This document shows positions 31,599 to 32,000 of a stretch of DNA of 32,000 nucleotides, in pieces (within the stretch, counting starts at the first letter, position 1; each line of letters starts with the position of its first letter). Source of the stretch: Alkalilimnicola ehrlichii MLHE-1 (GTDB taxonomy: Bacteria; Pseudomonadota; Gammaproteobacteria; Nitrococcales; Halorhodospiraceae); assembly GCF_000014785.1 (NCBI RefSeq), contig NC_008340.1:510001-542000 (forward strand). Reading direction: 5' to 3'. The notes beneath the pieces are model-generated. The model did no database searches, had not been told where the DNA came from, and saw only the letters and a list, made by a program, of their open reading frames with translations. A program made the translations under genes and the position numbers.

Positions 31599-32000
31599 AT
31601 GCGGGTAAAGCGAATTGCACTTCCCGTTTTGTCGGTCCTGTTCTTGGCCGGATGCGCCACGACTGTGCCCGACTTGGACAGAGAGCGTTTGGAAGGGGAC
31701 CTCATGGCCTATGGGGTGACCCTTTCAGAGGAAGAGCTACCGAAACCGCGGGGAGAGTTGGAACTCGAATCGGCGATTCACCAGGCGCTCTTGCGCAATC
31801 CCCGTATGCAGGCGGCGTACGCCAGGCTGGACCTGGAGGCCGCCGACGTCATTGAGGCCTCGCAGTTTGCCAACCCATCACTGTCGCTCTCCGTGCTGCG
31901 CCCGGAGGGCGGCGGTGGCAATGAATACGGGATTGGCCTGGCCTGGGGGATTTCCGGCTGGTTGCTGCGTAGCGCCAGGATCGACATCGCGGAGTCGCAC
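31599..32000 (+). CDS. TolC/CzcC/CusC-family outer-membrane efflux lipoprotein (5' part, continues past window end)
   Basis: My own translation of frame 3. It is stop-free from ATG 31599 to 32000 and absent from the track because no stop is reached. MRVKRIALPVLSVLFLAGCATT has lipobox L-A-G-C. LELESAIHQALLRNPRMQAAYARLDLEAADVIEA matches the typical OMF N-terminal helix motif. Confidence 0.8.
   Translation, partial: MRVKRIALPVLSVLFLAGCATTVPDLDRERLEGDLMAYGVTLSEEELPKPRGELELESAIHQALLRNPRMQAAYARLDLEAADVIEASQFANPSLSLSVLRPEGGGGNEYGIGLAWGISGWLLRSARIDIAESH

Noticed and set aside
31496-31855. 119-aa plus-strand ORF and 151-aa minus-strand ORF (31250-31705) in the last kilobase
   Set aside because: They are out of frame with, and overlapped by, the stop-free frame-3 ORF that has a lipobox and the OMF N-terminal motif. 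Their translations are Arg/Gly/Pro-rich with no motifs.
29579-32000. Island att site, i.e. a direct repeat of the tRNA-Thr 3' end, and an integrase or transposase
   Set aside because: Scanning by eye found only a 7-nt partial match (TCGGCAC near 30783) and no recombinase-like ORF. The island boundary therefore cannot be claimed from this window.

Overview
GC-rich (about mid-60s % by eye) proteobacterial chromosome segment, gamma-like by similarity to E. coli proteins recalled from memory. (1) Positions 1-21.6 kb are core. They hold the 3' ~1130 codons of rpoC, then an uninterrupted same-strand str-S10-spc-alpha ribosomal super-cluster of 32 genes, rpsL through rplQ, including fusA, tuf, secY, rpoA and a 37-aa rpmJ that is too short for the ORF track. 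The cluster ends in a canonical A6-stem-T6 terminator. (2) Positions 21.6-29.5 kb hold mixed housekeeping and accessory genes: a DUF62-type SAM hydrolase whose stop overlaps the start of an 81-aa ORF, malate dehydrogenase, a convergent SGNH/GDSL lipoprotein esterase, a tartrate/D-malate-dehydrogenase-like enzyme, a beta-CASP MBL hydrolase, a GabT-like class III aminotransferase and a PmtA-like methyltransferase. (3) tRNA-Thr(CGU) lies at 29503-29578. GC content and codon style change after it. The genes beyond it are an Xre(DUF2384)/RES toxin-antitoxin pair, a secreted His/Cys-rich CopL-like protein, and the 5' end of a TolC/CzcC-type outer-membrane lipoprotein that runs off the window and is absent from the ORF track. 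I saw no CRISPR array, rRNA, transposase or integrase. I do not see convincing evidence for a wholly new multi-gene system. The best leads are the tRNA-Thr-adjacent islet, the SAM-hydrolase/small-ORF couple placed directly behind the rplQ terminator, an abrupt synonymous-codon mosaic confined to tuf, and a consensus promoter between two strong hairpins upstream of rpsL. The many long minus-strand ORFs are high-GC shadow ORFs and were rejected.
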